From NCBI RefSeq assembly GCF_006345805.1, contig NC_043003.1, forward strand, positions 31,620,001 through 31,684,000: 64,000 nt of DNA, written 5' to 3'. Below, in pieces: positions 52,766 to 64,000 of the stretch; position 1 is the stretch's first letter; every line of letters starts with the position of its first letter. The translations under genes and the position numbers were made by a program. The stretch is from Octopus sinensis. Lineage: Eukaryota. The notes under the pieces were generated by a model that was not told the DNA's origin, did not search any database, and saw only the letters and a list, made by a program, of their open reading frames with translations.

Positions 52766-54250
52766 TAAATATATCTGTATACATATATACATGTATGTGT
52801 GTATATCACACACATAGATACACACATACACACATAGAGTTATGTATATATAAATATAGGCATATGTATGAAGGTATGACTGTCTATGTGTATGCGTGTG
52901 CGTGCATGTATCTCAGGTTTTACTTCATAATGTTTTCTATATAAAGACACATTCTGTCATCTAATCTTTGTTAATGATTCGTCCCTTTGACATGCCATAG
53001 AATATCCACTAATCTACACCATTTCATTCGATAATTATAGATCTGTTAGTGGACAATGACCGCCATTCGGAATCTGCGCTAAATTTGCACATCCATCCAA
53101 TTATATTGAACGTGGATCTAGACTCTCTCACTGAATAACCATAGAACATAAATCTGAAGTAAGAGATAACTTGTTTTATATAACTTATATAATGCTTATT
53201 TTGTATGGAAAATCTAGATCAAAATCATTTCCAAACTCGAAGCGATTTGCCGTTTGTGAGTACAATCACAAATGAACATTTATGACGATTACCTACAAAT
53301 CTCTTAGTCAATATCCTATCATAAATGATGTATTCCTTTTTACAGGCAGATAACAGCATATTTCCCACCCACATGTTGTTTGTCACTACTGATAAAGTAC
53401 TCATTTCTTCGTAGCAGCTTTTAACAGCCCCAACAAATCTCCTGAATGCATCAATCTGCCGTATTATTCCAGGGAATTGGCAGAGCAGAAATGGCATCAA
53501 ACGAAATAATCTATAACATTTATTCCGGCATCTTGCATCCTGATTTCAAAACCCGCTGAGGAAAGTTTTGCCTTTCATCTTCTTCTGTGTTGTACCTGTG
53601 TAGAGTAGCTGAAAATTGAGACTTTCGATAAATCGAGCGACGTGTCGTCTGGTATTTGTTTCAGCTCTTTATGATCTGGTTTTTAAACTTAATACATCAC
53701 CCTCATTTTAACGTCACCAACTTGCTTGTAACATCTTCTATATTGCATGTAATCAGGTGAATGTCACCAACCTCAAAGTCCTGAAAATACCGTGACCAAT
53801 GCCTACCACATGGCTATGCATTGAAAAAATGTTACACATTTAAGATGATGTTCCCCATCCCAAACTGTACATGCTGTCTACATGTGCAAAAAAGACCATC
53901 TTTCTGATGCGTAAGCTTTCATTCAGCAACATATTTAAGTCCACTGACCAACGAACCTGGGGAGCCTCTGTGTGTGTACATTTTTCTCCTAAATATAGCA
54001 GCGATTTCCCCCCAAAACGACACCCTGCGCCCTCATCCCCCAAAAAGCGATAGACTGAGAAAAAAGGAAGTTAGGAAGTTCACGTTTGACTACTTTTGGC
54101 CATAAGATTAATTCATAGTTTAATTAGGGCTAACAAAACCAGAGCAATATATCAAAGAAGCATTTGAAAACTAAGTGCGATTTAAATTTGATTTTTATAG
54201 CTTTTGAATTGTTATGAGTGAATGTGGAAGATAGTAATAATTATATTATT

Positions 54251-54324
54251 CTATTATAGCCTCAGGTCGACCAAAGCCTTGTGAGTGGATTTGGTAGACG
54301 AAAACTGAAAGAAGCCCGTCGTAT
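54251..54324 (+). mobile_element. SINE family B 3' fragment
   Basis: gaccaaagccttgtgagtggatttggtagacgaaaactgaaagaagcccgtcgtat. Confidence 0.85.
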
Positions 54325-54367
54325 TTATATATATATATATATATATGTCTATGTATACACACACACA

Positions 54368-54405
<38 letters not shown>

Positions 54406-54674
54406 CGTCCGTGCGTTTGTGTGCATGTTTATCCTCCACCATTTTTATGTACAGGTTTCATTTCATTTTAATATTTGTATACGTAATATAATCGGTATTT
54501 TTCCTTAGAGGACGGAAAAAATTAGCCAGCAGAAGGCTATGGAGAATCGATCTCTGTATCACTTAAATACTGGCTGAAAGCCTCTGACCCACCAATTGCC
54601 ATCAATTTTAATACTAATAAATAACTTTTTGAAATATGGGAAAAGTTTGTGAACAACCTTTATAAAAGCTTACC

Positions 54675-54735
54675 TGTGGTAACGAACGTCGTACTGAATA
54701 AAGATGTGGTAACGAACGTCGTACTGAATAAAGAT
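54675..54735. repeat. 30-bp perfect tandem duplication
   Basis: tgtggtaacgaacgtcgtactgaataaaga x2. Confidence 0.95.
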
Positions 54736-57247
54736 TAGTACCAAATGTATCTTCCGTTTCCTTCATCAAAACAATTATTACCATATATATATATATATAT
54801 ATATAAAACGTCAGTAACATTTAACTTTTGTAATGATACGCAGCCTTCTTATATAGTTTGATATACCTTGATCAACTATATGTTAAAAAAATCATTGAAT
54901 TGTTTATTCGATAATCAACAATATATTCAATATTAAGTTTGAAAAGAAAAAAAATGGAAGACAAATATTCCGGCCCTCCTTGTATATATATTTTATCAAT
55001 TTTGTTGATGAGAGATATTGTATTCTCTATCAATTCAGAAATGTCATACATATTATATTATAACCAAAAAAACTCATCTGTAAAATACGACAAATGCTGG
55101 TTATAATTCTTTAAAAAAAAATTAATAATATTTATATTTTATTTATCTATTGATATTATAGATAAGGTCATAAACCTTATCTATAACCATTTTGTACACA
55201 AAATTTATCTATAACATCATGTATGGCCAATTTGTGTAATTGTTATAGCAATAGCTATCTCTAAGTTTAGCATAACGTCACGCATTTGTAGAGAAGCGGT
55301 ACACTGTATTTAATAAGTCCTATTGTATTACTGGTGCATAAATACTTACTCCTCTTACAGTCAATTCCATAAAGTTAACTATTCACAATCAAAAAATGTC
55401 CCAGAATATAATTGAGTAAGGCAGCCAGATATTCTACTACCCTTACAGTTCAGTCATAGTAATTATAGGGTGCATAACTTGACACATATAACATTGAAAA
55501 TGTCAAAGGAATTTATAATTATGTAATTACATCCCTATAAAAAAAACGTACATAAACACTCACATAAATGCTGAATAGAATATATACATGCACAGACGCG
55601 TACGCAAGCACACACATGAAAACATACCATCATAGGTTCAAGAACAGATAGCTATCCTGTTAATAGGAAGATTTTGTACCGTTGTTCATCATGAGAAAAG
55701 GACACATGGAGTCATGTGTAAGGGAAGAATTGATACGTTCCGAATAGGGAACAATCGTAGAACCAGTGCTGTCTGATAATCGCGATACGTTTAACAGCAT
55801 GGTGTGTGAGTGTTTTTGTTTTTTTATCGGGCGTATATCGCCAGAGGAAAGAAAATTTAAATATTTTCTTCACGGCGCTGTGTTATTCTGCCGTGAAAGT
55901 AGAGCGAATGATTGTACAGCGTCAATCAGTTGGAACCACAGCGAGATCTGGATTGCAGGTTTGATGAAATATATTTGGTCTACTCTCTCTCTCTCTCTCA
56001 CGTTCCTACAAGCTTATTATGCCGGATCTTGAGCAAGTTTCTCTGCCACATTAGGAACTGACAGTAAGACACTCCTCAGTTGAACGGAATAATATTCATG
56101 TATATTTACACGTCTTGATGCAGGCACGTGATTTTCTCTTAGCAGAAGTGCAGCAATGAGAAATGAAGTGATTTATTCAAGAATGCAACGGATCGCCTAG
56201 TTTTAAAATGAAGAGGTTCTACTCATACTCGTCTAATTATTGCTTCTGACATAACATAACTATTACAATATTAGTCAATGCTTCCATCCGTTTTAAGACG
56301 CTATGCTATGTTGAAAAAATATCGTTCCTTCACAAGCGCATTCTGTGAATAACTGTTCACCTACTTTTCCTTTCTAGGAGAAATTATCTTTCTATTTAAT
56401 GGCAGCGCATAATTTGAGGAAGATTTCATTACTAATTCTACCAGTTCAAATAACCCAGAGACGTTCTCTCCCTAGCACATATAATATCACTGTGTATCAC
56501 GAGGGTGCGACGTGTGTTCGGCTGCAGACAACTGTAATACCTCGCTACATGTTGAGTTTTGCTATCGTATTAAGTTATTCAATCTTATGAAATAGTATTT
56601 CAAGAATATTACATGATCGCTTTCTACGAATAATTACTTTACACCTGTCAAAATCAATTTGACTGTAAGTCTTTCCTAGGTAATCAGTTACATTCATATT
56701 GCTGTATAGTGTGGCAGATAAAACTTACATATAAGCATAAAAACACATGAGTACACATACACACATACATACACAATCACACACACATGTATATATGTAT
56801 GTCTCTCTCTATATATATGCATGTATATATATATGTATATATATATATATATATATAGGGAAAGTTTACATATATATATATATATATATGTATTATGTGT
56901 GTGTATGTGCGTATATTCTTTTATTCTTTTACTTGTTTCAATCATTCAACTGCAAACAGTACAGATATTGTATATCGAGAGAAGAGGAGGCAGTCAGAAT
57001 TTTGGATATTTTCTTATTATTAGCACTTACGTCCGTTTGAACGGACTTTCAACAAAAGACTTACAATCAAAATGATAGCGACAAAAACAGACCGTTTCCT
57101 TGTTCTCTTATGTGTCGTTTTTTGCTCTATTTTTAGCTTGTTCTTAAATGAATGTTTAAACACAACAAAACTTATATATAAATTTTACCCGCCACTCTCA
57201 GAACATTTCGTGTCCACGGGATACAATGCTACAGAGTATTGCATCAG

Positions 57248-57289
<42 letters not shown>

Positions 57290-57340
57290 AGTGTGTGTGT
57301 GTGTGTGTGTGGTGTGTGTGTGTGAGTGTGTGTGTGTGTG

Positions 57341-57371
<31 letters not shown>

Positions 57372-57445
57372 ATGTGTGTGTATATATATATAAATATATA
57401 TATATATCTATACATATATATATATACATACATACTTATATATAC

Positions 57446-57490
<45 letters not shown>

Positions 57491-58763
57491 CAGGGTACGT
57501 AAAAAGACAGCAACGTTTTGGAAACATGACATTCATCACACTAGATTTCAACAGTCCGGAAATATTACTCATGAAAGTAAGTGTCGTTACAGTCAACACA
57601 TTTTTGCCAACGAGTCACAAGTTTGTTTATTCTAGTAACATAAAAATCTGTAGTTCTGGAGCTGATGAACGCTTTGAGCGCACTTTCAGCATCAATTTGA
57701 TTTTTGAACTCCTGTCGCAGGAAGCCATCAAGGTGCTTGAAAAAGTGGCAGTCTGTAGGAGAGAGGTGTGGGAAATAAGCTGGGTGGGAAAGAACTTCGT
57801 AGCTAAATTCTCTGAACTTCTAGAGCGTCATTAGTGAAACGTGTGGTGAAACAGTGTCATGTAGAATGATTGGCCATCTTCTGTTGTCCAGTGTGGGAAG
57901 GAGCGGAAATAGATTTTCGTTCATTTTGGCAATTTCATGGCATTATGTTTCTGCAGTAATTGTTTTTCCGGGATTTAACAAAACAAGTTATAGTGGATGT
58001 GTCCAGCAGTACAACACCTAACATTCAGCATAACCTTCTTTTTGAAGAGCTCGGGTTTAGGGAAGATTTTTGGTACTTCATTTGGGTCCAACTACTGTGA
58101 ACAACGTTTTTTTTTTATTATTGTACAGAATCTACTTTTCCTCGCAAATTACAATACGGTCGAGAAATGGATCGCTCTGCTTACGGAGAAGACACGACCA
58201 GCAAATTTGATATCTGTGCATCGTCTGATTTTCATTCAAATCGTGTGGTACCCATTTGCCCAGCTTTTCTGATTTTCTGGTCGCATGCAAATGGTGGCAG
58301 GCAGTTTTCTGGTTAACTTGAAGTTCTTTTGCCAGTTCTCGTGAGGTTTTACGTGTATATTTCTGAATGGCTGTCTTTAATTGACCATCATCGATGACAG
58401 ATGTCCGCTACGTTCACGATTTTTCAAGGCTCAGGTCTCCACTGCGAAATCGCTTAAACTATTTTCGAGCTAACCACTCACTAGTCATTTCCTCACCAAA
58501 CGTTTCGTTGATATCACGAGCTGTTTCAGCTGCTTTACGTCCTTTTTTGAAGTTGAACATCAAAATCCCTCGAATGTCGCGCTTTGACAGTAATATTTCA
58601 GATGATTGTAACAATGGTAAAAAAAATATCATTGTTAATTTATTGATGCATTTGGGGAAGTCTGTGTCTGTATTATCGGACAATTGCAAAAAAATGTTTT
58701 TAAAAAATTCAAAACTCTGCAAAAATACTGTACAAATTCTTCATGATTCAAAACGTTGCTTTT
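57491..58763 (-). mobile_element. Near full-length decayed mariner element
   Basis: LSKRDIRGILMFNFKKGRKAAETARDINETFG; GKWVPHDLNENQ; FLDRIVICEEK*ILYNN; LHDTVSPH; PAYFPHLSPTDCHFFKHLD; TIR cores agcaacgttttggaaacatga / tcatgattcaaaacgttgct. Confidence 0.92.
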
Positions 58764-58945
58764 GGATCGTTGGCGATTTTTTTCCTCCATTTTCCTTTTC
58801 TCTTGGACTTTCCTCTATCTCGTGTTTCTGACGAAGAGTTTTGCTCGAAACATAAAAACACCTTTCTCTCCTTCCCTGAGCGTCTGCTAATAATTTGCAT
58901 GTACCGCGTCCTCGCGTATTTTTCTTCTTGGTTCTTCATTATATA
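58764..58945 (+). mobile_element. ~180 bp hammerhead-like retroelement (copy 3, divergent)
   Basis: gtgttt-CTGACGA-A-GAGT-TTT-GCTC-GAAAC-ATA-aaaacac; shares gatcgtt(a/g)gc and cctgagcgt..taata with copies 1 and 2. Confidence 0.72.
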
Positions 58946-58958
58946 CACACATACAGAA

Positions 58959-59035
<77 letters not shown>

Positions 59036-59045
59036 TATATATATC

Positions 59046-59099
<54 letters not shown>

Positions 59100-59831
59100 T
59101 ACATACACACACACACATATATATATATATTTATGCATGTATGTATACAGAGACAAGAATAACCTAATTAATAATAGATTAGACCTTAGAATATCCTGCG
59201 TGCATAGCATCATACACACATTTAATTATTTGGGAAACAAATAATATTATATTCATCAGACTTTGAATTTGTTTATAGAAATTATCTGTTATATCTTTCA
59301 TAACATAACCTGTATTGTAGTAAATTATATATAATATATAATATTGCACACATAGCATCCTTACCAGTTTAGTCTGCATTCATCCTATACGATGATTACA
59401 CAGTTTTTTCTTAAATTGCAAGCTCTCTGCCCTACCCGTCCGAATAGGTATATTTTGTAATGAGGTATCATATAATACGCCTCCCTTAGGTGTACTCCAT
59501 ACCCATTAGGAACTATATAATTCTACATATGACAATGCCTGCAATATTGCATTTTGTAAAACCGGATCCAATGGTATCTTCTTTACATATGTTTTAATTT
59601 GATGTGTTAGGAATACCTCAACCTATCCTTATTATTTACTTACTTATTTCATTTTTTATTATTATTACATTTTGTTATTTTTAAAATGTTGTTTTCTTAT
59701 TAGTTTTATATTTTATTTCTTCTTTATTTTGTCATCCTTTATAACTCCGTATATCCAGTATGTATCTTATGGCTTCAGCTATGAAAAATTTTTAATCCTA
59801 TTTTATCATTTTATAAATCCCTTATTGAAAT

Positions 59832-59867
<36 letters not shown>

Positions 59868-60107
59868 ATATATTTTCATGTTATTGTTTGGCGTATTTCA
59901 TATATTCTTTTAGTTTATATTCTATTATATTATTATTTTGCATACCTATTTACCCGCGTATATACTGGTATAACATTCTATGGTTTGCGTAGGAGTTGTA
60001 ACTTCTCTCAGCAGCTAAGCATGGTGAGATATAATGCAATATGTTACTTATATTTATATTTTTTTAGTTACTTATAATAACATTTTATAATTATAATATA
60101 TTCTTTA

Positions 60108-62385
60108 CTTGCAGAATTGCCCGGCGATGCTCGGGGCTGAGTTGCTATAAAGTGCTGTTAATGATTGCAATAAATTATGATGATTATTGAGGCAAATATT
60201 GATATACGTTTACGGCGAATGAATGTATTTGTAAGTGTATAGAAAGCCGTGTAAAGGGGTTCCTAACCCCTCGTAGAATGGTGTAAGAATTGAATGCGAG
60301 GTTGCCTTGAAAAGAGCCATCTTATTGTTCTCATAATTGTAAGAATTTGATAGTCGTGGAAGGCGGTGTAAAACGTTCGCAGGTGAATAGGGTCTCTTCG
60401 TTTTCCACGAACGGCAGCGGATGTGCTGTTACAAAACTTCCTGCTGTGTTAAAAGAGAATGGATGCCCTATGTAGGCAAGAGGGGAATGAAGCATGGGTA
60501 AGTAAATATGGGTAATTTATAAAATATAGAACAATAGCATCTACTCACCATATGTCAGAACGGCAAGACTGTAGTGGCGCTGGATAGATGAATCATAACA
60601 CAGTGGTGGAGATGTTTTCATTGATGGGCGTTATGATTAAATTTGTTGTTGTATAAAATGATCTGTTGCTTAGTTTCCAAATTGTATGTTGCGATCGTGT
60701 TGTCGCTTATGTAAACTTTAACAGTGATAGTGTAGATGTAGGGGGTAGATGTGTCATGTACGTTGGATATAGAAGATGAGGCTGGTGGTTTGATGATGAA
60801 TGGATAGAAATAGAGGTGAGCGAAGTACATGTGTTGGTTAAGTGTGAATTTATGTCATGAAACGCCTAAAAATGTAAATGCCATCATAAAAGAGAGTCGT
60901 ATGTAAGTGAAATACTAACGTGTTCGAAAATGGTGAAACGTAATCCTATAAAACATCCTTGTACACAATGTTCTTTTGTTTTTCGTTGTGGAACGAATGC
61001 GAAAGCATCACTGTTGCTGCCGACACGCGAGCAGGCAACATAAATCTGACCATGAGAGAAACATGGCTCTCCCAAATGTATTCCCGCCACAGACAGTGTT
61101 TGACCCTGCGCTTTGTTAATTGACATTGCGAAACATGGCCTTACTGGGAACTGGGACCTCCGAAATATGAAAGTTAGGTCTGCTCCTGATGAGAAAAGAT
61201 GCATCCTAGGTATGAGCACAACGTTGCCTCGACCGCACCCTGGGATAATGGTGGCCTCAATCAGATTGGGAGATAAGGACTTAACGATGAAACGTGTGCC
61301 GTTGCATTGTTTTGGGGGAACCAAATTTCTAATGAGCATTATAGGGACACCAACTGTAAGTTTGAGTATATGTGGTGTTAGTCCGGGGGGCTCAAAGGAA
61401 TTGAGTACCTTTATTGGATAGTTGATGACGTCCTCTGGGTCAGGAGTTGTATCGATAGACTTATATACATAGATATCTCCAGGAATGAGTTTTAGCATTT
61501 CATCATTAATATGGTGAACAGTTTTATTCCTTGGGGCCAGAATAGCCCTTTGGCCAATCCAATCCATATTCTGATAATTAGCTTGTAGATCTGGGAACAC
61601 TGCATCTCTGAGATCAGAGCGTTTTAACAATGGTACAAATGGAATCGATGGCAATATTACCATTTTCATCCCCTGGTATTTTGCCTTCGCCAAGTGCAAG
61701 GAGGGTGTGAGAAAATGCTGCTGATGTGATATCACGTCGCATATGAGCACGCATATTGGTGTGAAGTTTGAGAGTCTTCACCAGTGGCCATAATGTGGAT
61801 GACTTAAGACACGCACTTACTGCATCAACTGTAGTCCCTTTGGGAATAACGGGAAGTGTTTGTCAGAAGTCCCCTGAAAGAAGAAGTGTTATGCCTCCCA
61901 TAGGAGCTGAAGAGTGTTTGATGTCTCTGAGAGATCTATCTAGTGCCTCAAGAGCACGTCTGTGGGCCATCGTGCATTCATCGCAAATGTTAAGCTTGCA
62001 TCGTCTGAAGACTTCTGCCTGATCGGAGCTGTTACTGATGTTGCAATTTGGTGTCTCAGTCTTCGCTAAGTCAAGCGGGAGCTTGAAAGTGGAGTGAGCT
62101 GTCCTGCCGCCTGGCAACAAAGTAGCCGCAATTCCAGATGATGCCACAGCTAGGGCAATGCCTTGTGTTTGCCTAATCTCAGCCAGTATTAATTTGACAA
62201 AAGTTTTCCCAGTGCCCCCAGGAGCATCCAGGAAAAAAATCCCCCCAGCTTTGGCCCGGACTGAATTAACAACGGAGTTGTAAGCAAACTTCTGTTCTGG
62301 AAGGAGCTTTGGCTCATTGTCGGCTATGTACTCGGCAAGCTCGTCAACATTAAAACGTGTCTCTCGCAGCAAATGTGAAGACAGA
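60108..62385 (-). mobile_element. Helitron 3' half (PIF1-type helicase, frameshifted) with terminal hairpin
   Basis: FFLDAPGGTGKTF, VASSGIAATLLPGGRTAHSTFKLP, DECTM, LLSGDF, AILAPRN, CNGTR, QFPVRPCFAMSINKAQGQTL, FSHGQIYVACSRVG; 3' hairpin CCCGAGCATCGCCGGG then CAAG|T at 60108. Confidence 0.93.
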
Positions 62386-62394
62386 GTGTTTGTG

Positions 62395-62487
62395 CCTACA
62401 CATGCCAAGTCACCACACAGTGGGACTGAACCCAGGACCATGTGTTTGGAACGTAGTTTGTTACCACACAGCCACACCTGCCCCTAT
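62395..62487 (-). mobile_element. SINE family B 5' fragment at the Helitron truncation point
   Basis: cagtgggactgaacccaggaccatgtg...ttaccacacagccacacc. Confidence 0.8.
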
Positions 62488-63654
62488 GTATGTGTGTGTG
62501 TGTGTGTACGTAAGTGTGTATGGGTAGATATATTATGCATGTATATATGTGTATATATATATGTGTACATATTACATGTACATCTATATATATACATCTA
62601 CACATAAAATAGAAAATACAAAGTTATATCTTGATATCGCTAGTGATAACAATACTCAAAATATATAACAGACTGGAATTGTAGGCCTGTCTCTTGCAAT
62701 TTCGATCAATTGGATCTTGTCCTCCCTCTTGTATAGAAGTGTACGGCTGCAGCGAAATTCGTTTTTGGACTTTCTTCTATCGAAGGCATTTTCACAAAAA
62801 TGCTTCCGTAAAGACGGTGAAAATATTGTCAATTTCCCCAAACAGGGACACAATTCAATTTTTAAACAATAACCAAAGCCCCTTCTCCGAAAGGGGGAGG
62901 GTTAGGGTTTACAATTATTTAACAAATGCAACACAACAACGTTTCCCTGGCGAGGAACCAACAAACATGATTACAATAGTCAAACAGTAATAATAATAAA
63001 AACAAACCTTTTTAAATTATCCCCATTTATGTGAAACCGCTTATTCAAGTCCAAGTCATTGATGGAATTTTATACGAATTGCTAATACACACACACACAT
63101 AATAAGGGTGAAAAATTGAATATTAATTTAATTAATATGAACTGAAAACCAGTGGTGTAGTATATAAGACCATACCGGATCTTCCTCTTGCAAAAAGGAT
63201 GACCAGTATTAATGGCTCAACCCTGTTATATAAATACTTTCACTTTAATAGTTTCACACTTGCAAAGAGAAAGTAGGAGAAAGTGTGGTGGTAATAGCAG
63301 GAGTTAACCACTTGAAATGAGAGAGGCAAATCGTAAAATATTGCGTTTTCTCAAATTTTTGCTTAATTGGGGGTCAAATTGAAAAAACTTTACATGCCAT
63401 GACCCAATCGAATCTACTTGGAAAAATCATAGGTAAATTCCAATTGAAGAAATTCTATATTGTAGAATTGTATTAAAAAGAAACATGGGAACAGGCAGAG
63501 AAAATCTGCCTTTTATCATAAGAGATATATACATAAAACCTATATTATGCATCCGAAGATGGCGGTGTATTTCAAATTGATATAAGGCTTGCATTGTTCG
63601 TTTAAATGGAGCCGCCTGAAACGAATGTATGGCACTAATACCTTGACATCCTTT

Positions 63655-63800
63655 TCTTTCTGAGTTCAAAATCTGCCGAGGTCGACTTTGCCTTTCATAC
63701 ATTTGTGGTCGATAATTTAAGTACCAGTTGCGTACTGGGTCGATCTAATCGACTAGTCTCCTTCCTTAAAATTTCTGGTCTTGTACCTAGAGTAGAAAAG
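63655..63800 (+). mobile_element. SINE family A 3' portion
   Basis: ttctgagttcaaaatctgccgaggtcgactttgcctttcat...agtaccagttgcgtactgggtcgatctaatcgact. Confidence 0.88.
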
Positions 63801-63917
63801 AATATCATGATATACGTTTTACTTACTTGCTTTTTATTCACCTTACTTCTAACTCTGCGAATAATACCGGACTGATTTGGTGCCTCAACTTAAGTATTTA
63901 ATTCAACTAAATCTTAA

Positions 63918-63939
63918 TATCTATCTATCTATCTGTCTG

Positions 63940-64000
<61 letters not shown>
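63918..64000. repeat. (ATCT)n microsatellite running off the window end
   Basis: directly visible. Confidence 0.97.

Noticed and set aside
55600-56130. Possible mariner/Tc1 relic (LHQD; HQTCNPDLAVVPTD) on the minus strand
   Set aside because: Too degenerate to support without a profile search
62894-62910. GGGTTAGGGTTT telomere-like sequence
   Set aside because: Fewer than three units; chance

Overview
AT-rich eukaryotic intergenic/intronic DNA saturated with (TA)n, (CA)n, (TATC)n and (TACA)n microsatellites. The repeat content suggests a coleoid cephalopod such as Octopus (inference). No host protein-coding gene can be asserted, and most predicted ORFs are microsatellite read-throughs. Recognisable content: a decayed Penelope-like element (RT + GIY-YIG) with ~280 bp inverted termini and a hammerhead-like motif; a HERO/NeSL-R2-type LINE fragment; several mariner/Tc1 relics, one near full length; the 3' half of a Helitron (PIF1 helicase and terminal hairpin); ~25 SINE copies from five families; four long-TIR fold-back elements; and three microsatellite-bounded tandem duplications. 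Best leads: (i) hammerhead-ribozyme-like motifs in at least four unrelated element contexts, including a three-copy ~200 bp retrozyme-like family and motifs with greatly extended stem II; (ii) a CRE-CRE-TATA-Inr promoter at 37983-38142 next to a CpG-rich island with a candidate antisense first exon; (iii) a TIR element carrying a SINE, present twice as a composite. All structural calls were made by eye and none were computed.
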